Positions 1 to 11,818 of a DNA stretch of 39,700 nt are shown here, piece after piece. The translations under genes were made by a program, and so were the position numbers. Under the pieces are notes generated by a model. That model saw only the letters and a program-made list of their open reading frames with translations. It searched no databases and was not told the origin of the DNA. Every line of letters starts with the position of its first letter. The stretch's first letter is position 1. Origin of the DNA: Jimgerdemannia flammicorona (taxonomy: Eukaryota); the NCBI GenBank assembly GCA_003990765.1, contig RBNJ01000137.1, positions 1-39,700 on the forward strand. Reading direction: 5' to 3'.

Positions 1-67
1 AGCTTTATATCTTAGCAACCATTGAATTATATTTTGTATAAATACCTCTCTTATTTCCTCTGAAATA

Positions 68-108
68 AAGTCAGTCAAGTTTTAGTCAAGTTTTAGTCAA
101 GTTTCAGT
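68..108. repeat. Short 11-bp tandem repeat (AGTCAAGTTTT) x3
   Basis: agtcaagtttt agtcaagtttt agtcaagtttc. Confidence 0.8.
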
Positions 109-1173
109 GCAATACACAATCCCTTGCAAGCAATCTAAGAGATAACAAGATAGTTAAAGATAAGAAGTTTGAGGACTATAAGACCTTGGGAAGGCACTCC
201 AATAAGAACTTGCTTATAACAAACTTGAGTTAGTCTAAGAGATACACCTTGAAGAGAATCTGGCATATTTGAAGGACTCAGCAACCACTATATGACAATA
301 AGTATTGTATATATATTTTTGGGCAAATGCATGCATGAGGAATATTTCTGTCTCAAATACATTGCATCTGTCAGTTCAAAGAACCTGACATATAAGAAGT
401 GTATAAAATAGGGAGGTGGGTGGGAGTGAAAACCATATGATGATGATTGAGTAGAAGAGGAAGGGGAAAAGATAGATATATAATAAATTCTATAATTGAG
501 TAATATACATCTTTAATACACTATCTCTTCAGGATCTCTTCAGATAATTGATTTCTCTAGGTTAGGCCCAATTTAGTTAAAATGCAGGGTAATTGGAATA
601 TATATATACAAAATCAGCTAAGGTAGATCTAGTTAGATGATCTGAGGTTAATTAGTGCTATTGCAGATATGGTTAGAGTGTAGGATGATATTTCAAATAT
701 TGCAATGTACTATAACAAAATTCCATTTAGCCAGAATATATAAAATCAAAATGAATTATTAGAACAAAATTACATAAAGTGTCAGAATATACAAGATTAG
801 AACACATTACTACATTCAGCAATAAAAATATACAAAATCAGAACTTATTATCAGAACAAAATTACATTTGACAGAGTATATAAGATCTCTAATATAATGT
901 TTCCCAAGCATTATGATCACTGTACTTATTTACAAAATATTGATCAAAAGAATAAATATCCTTCTTATCCTTCAGTACCTTCAGTGCTTTATTCTATAAG
1001 TCAAAAAAAGAAATTAGATGAATGTTTCTTTGAATTGCATCAATTCTAATAATATTGTAGTTTTCTGTTTTCTTTGCAACTCTTAGTAAAGTTTCAGAAT
1101 CAATCTTCTTTTATATCTGAAGTCAGTTTATATATACTAGTAAGTAAATCTTGTCAGAGAATATAATCTACAA

Positions 1174-1516
1174 CATCTCTCTCTGGTACCTCTTGGGTTA
1201 CACAACTTTTAGAAAGCAACTTCAACATCATTTTTGGAGAAAAGAGACTAGCAACATGGCGACTGGCAGGTAATCTGAGGTGTGTACTAGGCAGGGTGGC
1301 CTGAGCATGTTCGACTGGCAGCATGTGGAGAGAGGCCCTGGCCTGGGGGGGGGTATGAGGGGGCTGCTGGCAGGTAGACATGGAAGGGAAGGAGGCAGTA
1401 GTGGAGGACAGGGATCTGGGAGAGTGAGCTTTGCTGAGATGGTGAAGGAGAGAAGGCAGATGTCAGGGCTGAAGGGGTGGTTGAGGAAAGGCAAGGAAAT
1501 GGAGAAGGCAACAGTA
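1174..1516 (+). mobile_element. 5' UTR and ORF1 start of LINE copy B (left part, interrupted by copy A)
   Basis: Matches the 5' end of copy C (ctctggta..ggttacacaa..ttcaaca..ggaga); ATG at 1256; the frame EKATV continues as CGGVALG..RTANLKKNPD after 7340 once copy A is removed. Confidence 0.9.
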
Positions 1517-1609
1517 CAGAGAGAGGGCAGCCAGCACCTTTCAATGTCGGGTGACACAAGACTCAGACAACACTTTTTACTACATTTTTGGTGCCCAACA
1601 ACTATTGAC

Positions 1610-3526
1610 ATAGATGGCAATGATCGAACTGGTGAGCATACTGGCCAGGGGGGAGATGGCACCTTTGGCTGGCAGCAGGTGGGAAGGAGGGGAGATGGTT
1701 TGGAGATGCCGGGGGCCTTGATGTCTAGCCGAGGTCCTGGTAGTAGAGGGAGGGGTGGTCTGAGGCAGAGAGGAGGGGAGAGGTTGACCTTTGCTGACAA
1801 GGTCAGAATAGAGAAGATGGCCTCAGGTCTAGATGGTTGGCTGGGCCTGGGGAAGGCATTGACAGCTGCTGCTGGGGGACTGGGAGGTGTACCCAGGGGA
1901 GTCACTGAGGGTGGGGGAGGAGCAGAAGTAGGGGCTGGAGATGTGACTGGTGATGGGGCTGTGACTGGAGATCTGGCAAAAAATCCAGATGTGACAGCGG
2001 TTGATAAATCAGGATGGGGAGTGGGCATGAGGCCCAGGGACTTGGCAGATGGGGTTACGGGCATGGTGTCGGCCCCATTACTCAAGAAGTTGAGGTTGGA
2101 ATTCGCAGTCACAATGTGTTTCTGGGGCTTGGCGGTGACAGTGAGGATGATTTTGAGGCTGGTGGCACAGGAGGTAAAGAGAGCAGTGTTGGTGAAGTTT
2201 TTGAAGAGGAAGGAAGGAGTCGAGGTGGGGTTCGAGGAGGAAGACACCTTGTTGGCAGCCTTGGAGAAGGGGGTGACAGTTGGCAGGGTTGTTGTCCCTA
2301 TGGCCAGGTATATGTGCTGGGACCCCCAAGTGGTGCAGTTGACAGTACTGGATCTCCCTATGGTGTTGAAGGAAAGGACCAGGGAGTTGGTTGTGGAGGT
2401 GATCAGGGAGTATGGAGAGATTGTGGATGTTGGGTTCAAGGTCTGGGAGGGCACAGAGCTTTGGACTAGTGACATCAATGTCAGGGTGAGGCTGGCTGGG
2501 AGGGAGAGTACAGGGAAGTCGAGAAACTGGCCTGCAATACTGAGGTGGGGACTGGTGAAGTGCAAGGTCATGAGGGTGAAGGGGACCCAGGAGGAGGAGG
2601 AAGACCTGTTGGAGGCTCTGGAGGATCTGGAAGAGGTGGTCACAAGGAGGAGATTGGCATGGAAGGAGTTTGAGGCCAGGACGGTAGTGGGGGAGGTGGA
2701 TGGGAAGAGGGTCTGGATGGAGAAGGGGGCCTGAGAGAAGTTGCAGGGGAGGAAAATCCAGAAGGAGCTACTGGCAAGGTTGGGTGGGGGTAGGGCCAGT
2801 GGAAGCTCAGGGGAGAGGGGTGTGGGATTGCAGGAGAGTGCCTGGACAGAGGGGGGTGAAAGGGCTCAGAGTGGGGCTCAGCTGAGAGTTGAGGTGGAGA
2901 GGAAAGGCAATATGGAGGCAGATGTGGATATGAGTGAAGGTGTGTGCCCCCAGTATAGTGTCCCAGGTGGAGCTGAGGGAGAGGAGGAGCTGCTGGATGT
3001 GCCAGATGAGGAGTGGGATGAGTCAGTGAGGAGGAGCATACTGGTGGACCCCAAGGTGGATGGGGGACAAATCACTCAGGGTGCGGTGGAGGCAGTGGAT
3101 GAGGAGAAGTGGATGTGGAAGACCCTAGAAGGGGTAGTGGCTGAAGAGCTGGGGGGTGAGAATTTCAGGGTGATGGAAGAGAGGCATTGGGAGGAGATCC
3201 TATGGAGGGAGGAGGTGCCAAGGAAGATGAGGAACGAGATCCTGGCTGTTCTCCTGGAGTTGGTTGAATATCAAGTCGATGATCAGAGAGAGGAGGAACT
3301 TAGGAGGATTGCAAGTAACAGGGCACTATTCTTGTGGAACTCGAGGAAGGGACTGGAGAAGTGGCATACAGTCTGCTTGGACTATCAGTCGGAGATAGAG
3401 GTAGTGGATGGAGTGGAATGTCAGGAAATCTTGGAGGTACTGGATGCTCAGGCTAATGCAGAGGGTGACTTGGAAGCTGAACGGTGCTTATATCTGGCTG
3501 GAGATGAGATGAGCATAGAATTCTAG
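1610..3526 (+). pseudogene. LINE ORF1 of copy A (~638 codons; putative RNA-binding protein, Gly-rich N-terminus, acidic C-terminus)
   Basis: ORFs 1280-2734 and 2741-3526 share a frame and are split by one TGA; the position matching the ATG of copies B and C reads ATA (1610); homologous to ORF1 of B, C and D (APLLKK, DIGFxVWEGT, EEEEDLLEALE). Confidence 0.85.
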
Positions 3527-3557
3527 GATGGGGTCTCTATTGCAACATTCTTTCAAT

Positions 3558-6500
3558 ATGAATAGTACAACTAGAATATTCTTGTTGAACATTAATGGGT
3601 TATGGGGGGCAGCTAGAAGGAAATGTATATTTGGATGGCTTAAGGGACTGAATGCAGACCTCTTCTTGTTACAGGATGTTTGTTATGAGGCAGATGTGGA
3701 CTTACAGGATTGGACTAAGGAATGGGGGAATGTGGCAGTATGGAGGGGGAAAGTGTGTATTCTCATTTGGAAAGGGATGGGGGACATTGAGGACATTGGA
3801 CATTGGGGGTCTTGGGTGGTGTGGGGAATGTGGAAGAGGCCTAGATGGGGCTCATTGATGGTTGGGTCTTGTTACTGCCTGGCTGAGAGAGGGGAGAGGG
3901 TGGATTGGATTCATAGATTTAAAGAGGCTGGTGTATTGGGAGAAGTTGGGCTGGACTATATGGGGGGTGGGGTGACTTCAACATGGTATGGGATAAGGAG
4001 ATGGATAGAATAAATGGTCGGAGAGGTGTGTGGGGCAAAAGTGGTGGGTTGGGTGACTGGTTGGAGACAGAGAGGTTGAGTTCTTTAGTGGACTTAGAAA
4101 GACATTTTGGGCCGATCGGTGGTGTACACCCACTGGGCAGCAGGGCTGGGCTCCAGGATTGACTGGGTTTTGACAGTAGAGTGTTGGGGAGCAGATGTCT
4201 GGTTGGTGCTGGAAGTAGTTTGGTGCCCATGGTCTGATCACTGGAGGCTGCTTGGAGGGGGGAGGTTTGGGGGAAATGAGGATGGGCCTAGACATTGGCA
4301 GCTAAATTCTTCCTTGTTAAAGGATAGGGTATTGTGGGAGGGTTGGGAAATAGAGGTGATTGGAAATATTGGTAGGTGGCAGGAACAAGGCCTTGGGATT
4401 GGGGACCACTGGCGAAGACTGAAGGCAAATGCTCAGGGGTATTGGAGGGAAGCAGGGAGAGGAATGTGTGCCCAGCAAAGGCAGAGAGTGCTGTGGGCCT
4501 TGCAGCACCTGGCAGCACTCATGGAGAGATGGGCAGGTGTGCTGGAAGATGGGGATGTGACTGATTGGCATATTGTGAGAATTCGGCAGAAGGTGGAGGA
4601 GCTTAAAGGAGTGTTATGTAGGGAGGAGGAGGTGAAGCTACAGGGAATGGTGGCCTGACTGTGGTGGCAGGGGCTTGAGGAGGGGGAGAGGCCTACTAGG
4701 TTTTTGTTGTAGTTGTTACAAGCATGATGAATGAAGCAGTGGTGGGAGGGAGTTCTGGATGTGAATGGCAAGCTGGTGGTGGGGACTCCAGTGATTCTGG
4801 GCCTATTGAGAACCAGTTGGAAGAATCTATAGAGTGAGGAGGAAGGAGGAATAGATGCTCTAGATGTTGAAAGGCAGCTGGGAGATTGGCACCTGGACTC
4901 TGCTATAGGACTTGGGGTATTGGGGGACCTGGTGAGTGGCAAGGAAATTTGCAGGGTTGTGGCCTCGATGAGTAAGAGGATGGCCCCAGGAGAGGATGGA
5001 CTTCTCTGGGATTTTTGGCAGAAGATGGCTGGGGTGGGTGAGGTGCTAGAGGAAATGACTGCTATGTGTGATGGAGTTCTTCGGTCTGGTGCTTGGATTG
5101 GGGGACAGTGCTTAGGGATAGTCTCCTTGCTCTACAAGAATAAGGGGAGGCGAGAGGACTGAAAGAACTGGTGGCCAATAATGCTTCTTGACATGGACTG
5201 CAAACTGGTGACAAAGATCTTGGTGATGAGACTGCAAGGAATCACTCAGCAGGTGCTTGGTGTGGAGCAGCATGGGTTTGTCAGTAGCCAGTTGATTTGA
5301 GATGGGACAGCTTGGGTACATGGAGTGATTGAAGGTGTCCGGGCAACAGGGGTGGATGACAGATTGGTGTTTTTGGACCAAGAGAAGGCTTATGACAGAG
5401 TGCAGAGGATATGGCTGGAGGGAGTGCTGAAATGGATTAGTATCCCCCCAGGGTTCCAAGGATCATTGATCAGCCTCTTGGAGACAGTCAGGCAGCATTG
5501 GTCATCAATGGCCACAGGGGAGTGACCTTTCCCCTGGGATGTGGGGTACCGCAAGGGGACCCCTTGTCACCCATTTTGTATGCCCTTTCCCTGGAGCCTC
5601 TACTGGACAGAATTCAGCATCAGATTGGGGGTTTGGACATTTTAGGGATTAATTGGAAGGTGGGGGCCTTTGCTGATGATATGGTGGTCGGGCTGGACTC
5701 CTTGGTGGATGTGGGGGAGTTACAGAGGTCTGTGGAATGGTATGAGAGGGGTTCTGGTGCTAAACTAAACTGGCACAAATGTGAGACTCTGGTGCTGGGT
5801 ACTGGAATTGTTGGTGGTGATGTCATTGGGACAGTGGTACCAGCTGGTGAACCAGTGCAGTATTTGGGGATCTACTTCTCAGTGTTCAGATCTCTTCTTC
5901 CCCAGGCATAGTGGGACTGAAAACTTCTGGAGTGGGGAAATGTTCTGCTGCGATGAGGAGGTCAGCATATGTCCCTAGCCAGAAGGGTAATGGTGCTGAA
6001 TGTGTATTGGATGCCAAAGCTGTAGTATGTGGGATATCATTTGGATTTCTCAACCTGAGTGGTCAAGGGGCTGTTGAAGATGGCAAGGTCATGGATCTGG
6101 ATAGGGCAGTGAAGCCAGGTGGGTTGGGAGGTACTCACACTGCCCTTGGAAAGAGGTGGGCTGGGCTTAGTGGACTTTACTAAGCAGCTTCATTGTTTGA
6201 GAGCTTGGTGGTTGTGAAGGGCAAGTGAGCTTAGGGGTTGGGAGTGGGTGTCACTCATGCAGAGGTTGTGGGAGGTTCGATACTCCCCATGTAGTGACTC
6301 GGGTGACCTGCTTACAATGGTGGCCATGGATGGAAGCAGGAGGATGTGGTTTATGGGCTTCTGGTAGAGAGTGGTGGATGGCGCTAAGAAGATTGGACTT
6401 TGGTGGCAAGGTGATGAGGCTAAGGAGGATTGGGGCCCATGAATGTGACAGTGGGACAGGCTTCTACTGGGTGGTGTTCTGGTGGAGAACTTTCAGCTTG

Positions 6501-7177
6501 GCAAGGATCTGAAGTATCTGCAAGGCCTAGGTGGAGACCTGTGGCCCAAAGCCTGGCAGAGGGTTGGAATTGGTGAGGAGTGGGATTGGAATAGACTCTG
6601 GCTTTGGAGCAAAAGAGTGAGGCAGTGGCTGCCCCCCAAGTTCTGGGTGGTGTGGTGGCATGTCCTATGGTGGAATGTGATATTGTACTATTGGTCTAGA
6701 TACTTGGTGGCTGGTGGAGTATTCAAGTGCAAGGATTGTTTTGGCATTGGTCAGGAGGGAGGAGTGGTACAAATGCCTGAACATTGGCTTGACAAGTGCG
6801 GAGTTTTGGAGGAGTTTTGGAGATGTATTATGGACCAGGTAGGGCTGGGTGCCTTGGAGGGAAAGGAAGAGGAGAGATGGAGAGAGCTCTGCCAGCGACT
6901 ATTGGGTGGGGTTGGGGATGAATGGCTGATCCTTGGTTGGGCTTTGGCCATGTGGGTTGGGTTGACTGGGCATTGGGTTCATATCTTTGAGAAGGGGCAG
7001 TGAGTTGGGGTTGGGGACAAGGTGGCACATTGGGAATGGTTGCTATTGGACATTTTGAATAGCTGGTGGCAGGGTTGGGGGCTGGGTGGGGGGAACTGCA
7101 GGGGTTTGGTGCAGTATATCTCCTGGAAGAGTGGTGGGAGGATTCAGATAGTGGGTAATTGGGTAGTGCTCAGGTAG
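3558..7177 (+). pseudogene. LINE ORF2 of copy A: APE endonuclease, reverse transcriptase and C-terminal Cys/His knuckle; stops and frameshifts; 3' end approximate
   Basis: MNSTTRIF..NINGL, DLFLLQD, GGDFN, YTHW, SRIDW, WSDH; RT motifs APGEDGL, LLYKNKG, LDQEKAYDRV, GVPQGDPLSPILY, AFADD; C-terminal CKDC...EHWLDKC. Confidence 0.93.
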
Positions 7178-7296
7178 GGAGAGGTTGAGGGAGGAGGGTT
7201 GGGTCTATGGGACATTGGTTGAGGGTGGGGGTGACATTGTATTGTTAGAATTATAGACATCAGTAATAAAGGGCAGTCCAAAGAACTATAAAAGTG

Positions 7297-7325
<29 letters not shown>

Positions 7326-7330
<5 letters not shown>

Positions 7331-10300
7331 GGCAACAGTATGTGGGGGAGTAGCCCTTGGCAGAGGAGGCAGTGGGACTGGAGGTGTAGTAGCTGGGAGG
7401 GGTGTGACAGCTGATGGAGACAGGACTGCTAATCTGAAAAAAAATCCAGATGACTATGGATGGTATGGCTGAGCATCAGGGTCTTGGGAGATAAGGAGAT
7501 TTGGCAGATGGTGTGATGGGTCTGATGGTGGCACCATTACTCAAGAAATCAATCTTGGCATTCATGGTTCCACTGTGCTTCTGGGGCCTAGCAGTGATGG
7601 TGAAAATGGTACTGAGGCTAATTGCTAAGCAGGTGGCTGGAGCAGCATCCATAAAATTTTTGAAGGGACTGGAGAGAGTGGAGGTGGGCTTTGAGGAGGC
7701 TGAGCCTTTGGAGGAAGCATTGAAGGTTGGATTGGTGGTTGGGGAGGTGTGTGTTCCGATGGCACAATGCCTGAAATGAGATCCCAGGGTGGTCCAACTG
7801 CTGGTGAAAGGGGTGTCCACAGTGATGGCAATGGAGACTAGAAGGAGAGTTGAGGAGGTCATGGTGGAGTATGAAGAGGTGGTGGATATTGGATTCAGGG
7901 TCTGGGAGGGGACCTTGCTCAGGACTAGAGATGTGGATGTGAGGATTCAGCTGGCAGAGAAGGAAGCCACTGGGAAGGCAAGGGACTGGCCTTCCAGTAT
8001 GGTCTAGGGGGTGATCGTATATAAGATGATGAGGGTGAAGGAGAGTGAGGAGGAGGAAGAGAACCTTTTGGAAGTACTGGAAGAGTTGAGTGGTGTGGTG
8101 GAACGGTGAGCAAAGGCTTGGAGGGCCTTTGAAGAGGCAATGCACTTGGAGGTGGTGGATGGGAAGCAGATTCAAGTGAGCAAGAAGTAGTGGGAATGAG
8201 ATCAGAGATGTAAGAGACAGAGAGAACTGCTAGCAAAGATGAAGGGTGGGCCTCAGAAGGATACAAGCAGGATAGTGAACATGGGGGGGGCCAAAGTGAG
8301 TGTCTGGGCAGAGGAGAGAAGCAAGAGTACTGGGAAGGGGACTGGCGAGAACAGGGAGGCAACTGACAAGAACCCGTATACAGATGGTATGCTGGAGGTT
8401 TGGGATGAGACATGGGAGGACTCCCCTACCCCTACTCCTCTTATCAGGCAGGGCCCAGCTTCCCGAAGCAGGGTGGTGGAGGATGTACTAATGAGGGGGG
8501 CCCAGTGAGTACAATTTGGAGTTCCAGAGGTAGCAAAAGGGGGACAAGTGGTGGCAGTCAGTGAGGAGAAACTAGTGGACATCCCAGAGGAGTGGGATGA
8601 GGCTGCAAGTGCTGGGGCTGACACCACAATGCTGGATGGTGAGAGGCTGGCGACCCCTGGAGGAAAGGAGATGGAGAACCTACTTTGGATGTGCAGGATG
8701 ATGAACAACCTGGTGGCCAAGGAGCTGGGAGAGGTGGATTTGAGGGTAATGAGTGACAAGTATTGGGCAAGGATCCTGCAGGGGGAGGGGGTGGTGATGG
8801 CATTGAAGGTGGAAATTCTTGCAGTATATCTGGAGGAGGAGGGCTATGAGGTAGATAAGGAGTGGGAGGCAGAGATGGTGGGAGTCATGAGAGAGAGGGC
8901 GGAATACTGCTGGACCAAGCATCATGGACTGCAGCTCTGGCAGGAAGCCTACCTGGAGTACTGAGAGGAATTTGAGGAGAAGGCTGATGGGGAGATGAAT
9001 GAGCTGTTGGCTGGACTGGAGGCTCAGAGGGCTGAAGAGGAGGCAGTGACTACAGAATATAATCTGGACTTGGCACAGGAGGAGATGAACATAGAGCAGT
9101 AGAGAAAGCTTGATAATATACCATTTTTCACTATGAATAGTACAACCAACATTTTTTCTTTGAATGTGAATGGGTTATGGGGCGCTTATTGATATAAGAA
9201 TATTTTTACTTGAGTGAAGGGATTGGAGGCCAATCTCTTCCTCTTGCAGGATGTCAGGTTTGAGGATGACTTGGATAGACTGAAATGGATGAAGGAGTGG
9301 GGAGGTGAGGTGGTCTGGAAGGGCAAGGTTGGGATTCTGGTATAGAAAGGCAGAGGGGAGATAAGGAATATGTGGAGCTGGGGAGATAGATTGGTCTGGG
9401 GAGAGTGGATATGCACAGGTTGGGAGCCGGTCATGGTGGGCTCCTGTTACTGCTCTGTGGTATGGAGTGAGTGTGTGAATTAGGTGAAGGGCCTACAGGA
9501 GAGTGGAATCCTTGTGGAGGTTGGGGTGGATATGCTTGGTGGGGACTTCAATATGGTCCGAGACATATTGAGGGATAGAACTGATGGAGGACAAGGAGCT
9601 GAGGGTCAGAGTGGAGGACTGGCAGCATGGGAGGAAGTGGAAAGACTGAGTGCTCTGGTGGATGTGGGTAGAGAATGTTGGGGGAATAGGAGGGTGTACA
9701 TACACTGGGCCAGGGGCCTGGAGATGAGGATTGATTGGATTCTGACAGCCAGCTGCTGGGGCTTGGATGTTTGGAAGCTGCTGGAGGTGGAATGGTGTCC
9801 TTGGTCGGATCATTGGGGGCTTTTAGGGCAGGGGCATTTTGGGGGGAGTGGGGATGGGCCTGAACATTGGCATCTCAATTCCTCCTTACTAGATGATAAG
9901 ATCTAGTGGGATGAGTGGGCTGAAGACATTTAACTGCAAGTGGAGTGCTGGTGGCAGGAAGGTGCCCCAGTTGGTATTCGGTGGATGAGGATGAAGGAGA
10001 TGGCAAGGACCTTCTGAAGTGGGGCTGGTAAGGAGGCTGGGAAACAGAGGAGGTGGTGGGTGAGGTGGGCTTCTAGTAGACTGTCTAGACTCTTGAAGGA
10101 CTGGGTGGGACTGATGATGTTGGAGGGGGAGAAGGACTGGAGATTGATAAGGGTAAGAATGGAGGTGGTCAAACTATAACAGGTGCTGTAGAATGAGGAA
10201 GAGGCAAGGGTCCAGGGTCTGGTGGTACAGCTTCATTGGCAGGGGTTGGAGGAAGGAGAGCGGCCCTCAAAGTTTCTCACAAGAGCCCTTCAGGTGAGAA

Positions 10301-11488
10301 GGGTGCAACAAAGGTGGGAGGAGGTGCTTAATGCTGATGGTATATTGGTACATAGTGTACAAGACATTCTTGGATCATTAAAGGAGCATTGGAGTAGATT
10401 GTGGAGTGAGGAGGAGGGTGGGGCAGATACTGAGGACATTGACCGAGCATTGGAGGATTGGTACCCTACACAAGCAGATGGGCTGGGTGACTTAGTACTG
10501 CTGGTGCAAGAGGAGGAGGTCTGCCAGGTTCTTGCCACAACAACCTTGGGTATGGTGCCTGGGGAGGATGGCCTGCCCTGAGACTTCTGGAAAAAGATAG
10601 TGGAAGTCCCAGAAGTACTGGGAGAGATGACAGCACTGTGTGATTGAATTCTACAGATGGGGAGATGGGTGAGAGAACAGGATCTGGGGCTGGTGATATT
10701 GCTTTATAAGAACAAAGGAAGGCAAGAGGACTGGAAGAACTGGAGGCCGATTATGTTACTGGATATGGACAGAAAGTTGGTTACCAAGGTGGTGGTCACA
10801 AGATTGCAAAAGGTGGTCCAGCAAGTCTTGAGTGATGAGCAGAGGGGCTTTGTCGGAGACTAGCTCATCAGAGATGGCACAGCATGGGTTTATGGAGTTA
10901 TTGAAGGGGTACAAGCCAGTGGACTAGATGGGTGTCTGGTCTTTCTGGACCAGGAGAAGGCTTATGACCAAGTGTGATGGGTCTGGCTGGTGAAAGTATT
11001 GGATAGGATTGGGGTCCCACACCAGTTCAGGACAGCTATGGTCAGCCTACTGGAAGGAAGTAGGGCTGTACTCATGTGTAATGGATATAGAGGGGTAGCA
11101 TTTCCCTTGGGTAGGGGGGTGCCCCAGGGGGACCCACTGTCCCCCATTCTGTATGCTCTTTCTCTGGAGCCCTTCATAGACAGAATTAGGCAAAAGATAG
11201 TTGGGCTCTCTATCTTTGGCATTGGGTGGAAAGTAGGAGCATTTGCAGATGATATAGTGGTCAGCCTGGGATCAATTGCAGATGTTGAGATATTCAAGAA
11301 AACAGTGGAGTGGTATGAGGTGAACTCTGGGGCTAGGCTTAATTGGTATAAGTATGAAACAATGATGTTAGGCAATGGTCTGGTGGGAGGGGAGATTATT
11401 GGTACCATTGTCTCTGCTGGTGAGGCAGTATAGTACTTGGATATTTATCTGTCAGTATATGGGTCAGTTCTGCCCAGACTTTGCTGGA
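7326..11488 (+). mobile_element. Remainder of LINE copy B (rest of ORF1; ORF2 from 9133), 3'-truncated just after the RT core
   Basis: ORF1 homology 7341-9101, ATGAATAGTACAAC at 9133, GGDFN, NWRPIMLLD, PQGDPLSP, AFADD; similarity to copy C stops abruptly after gggtcagttctgcccagactttg; no poly-A. Confidence 0.92.
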
Positions 11489-11599
11489 AGAATTTTATCT
11501 GAAATATCATATAATGAATTAGTATATCTAAATGAAATACTAACTAGTATAACTCCAAATGATGATGGCTCAATCAACAAGAGACAGAAATCAACCATC

Positions 11600-11722
11600 T
11601 GCTCTATTAGAGCAATTGATCATCCACCTCTATTAGAGCAATCAACTGCCAATCTCTATTAGAACAATTAACTGCTCATCTTCATTAGAGTAATCAATTG
11701 TCTCATTAGAGTAATCAACTCC
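11600..11722. repeat. Degenerate ~27-bp tandem repeat (core CTCTATTAGAGCAATCAACT), about 5 units
   Basis: ctctattagagcaat / ctctattagagcaat / ctctattagaacaat / cttcattagagtaat / tctcattagagtaat. Confidence 0.75.
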
Positions 11723-11818
11723 CTCAAATCCAAAGTTTCAGATGGGATTGATGATCTATTCTACTATAAATTGTTCAGAGCTTTACTGACTAGTATAGTA
11801 CTAAGATATTATACTTAC

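Larger units (their letters stand above)
1517..7325 (+). mobile_element. Full-length L1/Tx1-like non-LTR retrotransposon, copy A, nested inside copy B
   Basis: 5' UTR similar to the other copies (gggtgacacaag...catttttgg), ORF1 and ORF2, AATAAA at 7265-7270, poly-A 7297-7325, exact 15-bp TSD GAGAAGGCAACAGTA at 1502-1516 and 7326-7340. Confidence 0.95.

Noticed and set aside
560..1080. Gln/Asn/Tyr-rich coding-like stretch with a diverged duplication (cagaatata..agaacaaaattacat)
   Set aside because: No open frame or recognisable homology; probably another decayed repeat
1228..2643. Long antisense ORFs over the LINEs (471 aa here; also 12369-13328, 13440-14033, 34704-35114)
   Set aside because: Ser/Pro/Thr-rich shadows of the G-rich sense ORF; the C-rich strand has few stops and no recognisable domain
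2732..2734. Stop-codon readthrough or an alternative genetic code (TGA/TAG at Trp positions)
   Set aside because: Stops fall at different positions in each copy, include all three stop codons and co-occur with frameshifts, which fits C>T/G>A decay
3558..7177. Bacterial RT system (retron, DGR, group II intron) or LTR element
   Set aside because: APE domain, ORF1, AATAAA with poly-A and TSDs define a non-LTR retrotransposon; no LTRs, integrase or template/variable repeat pair
7326..11488. Independent 5'-truncated LINE inserted in tandem after copy A's poly-A
   Set aside because: The exact TSD and restored frame show it is the continuation of 1174-1516
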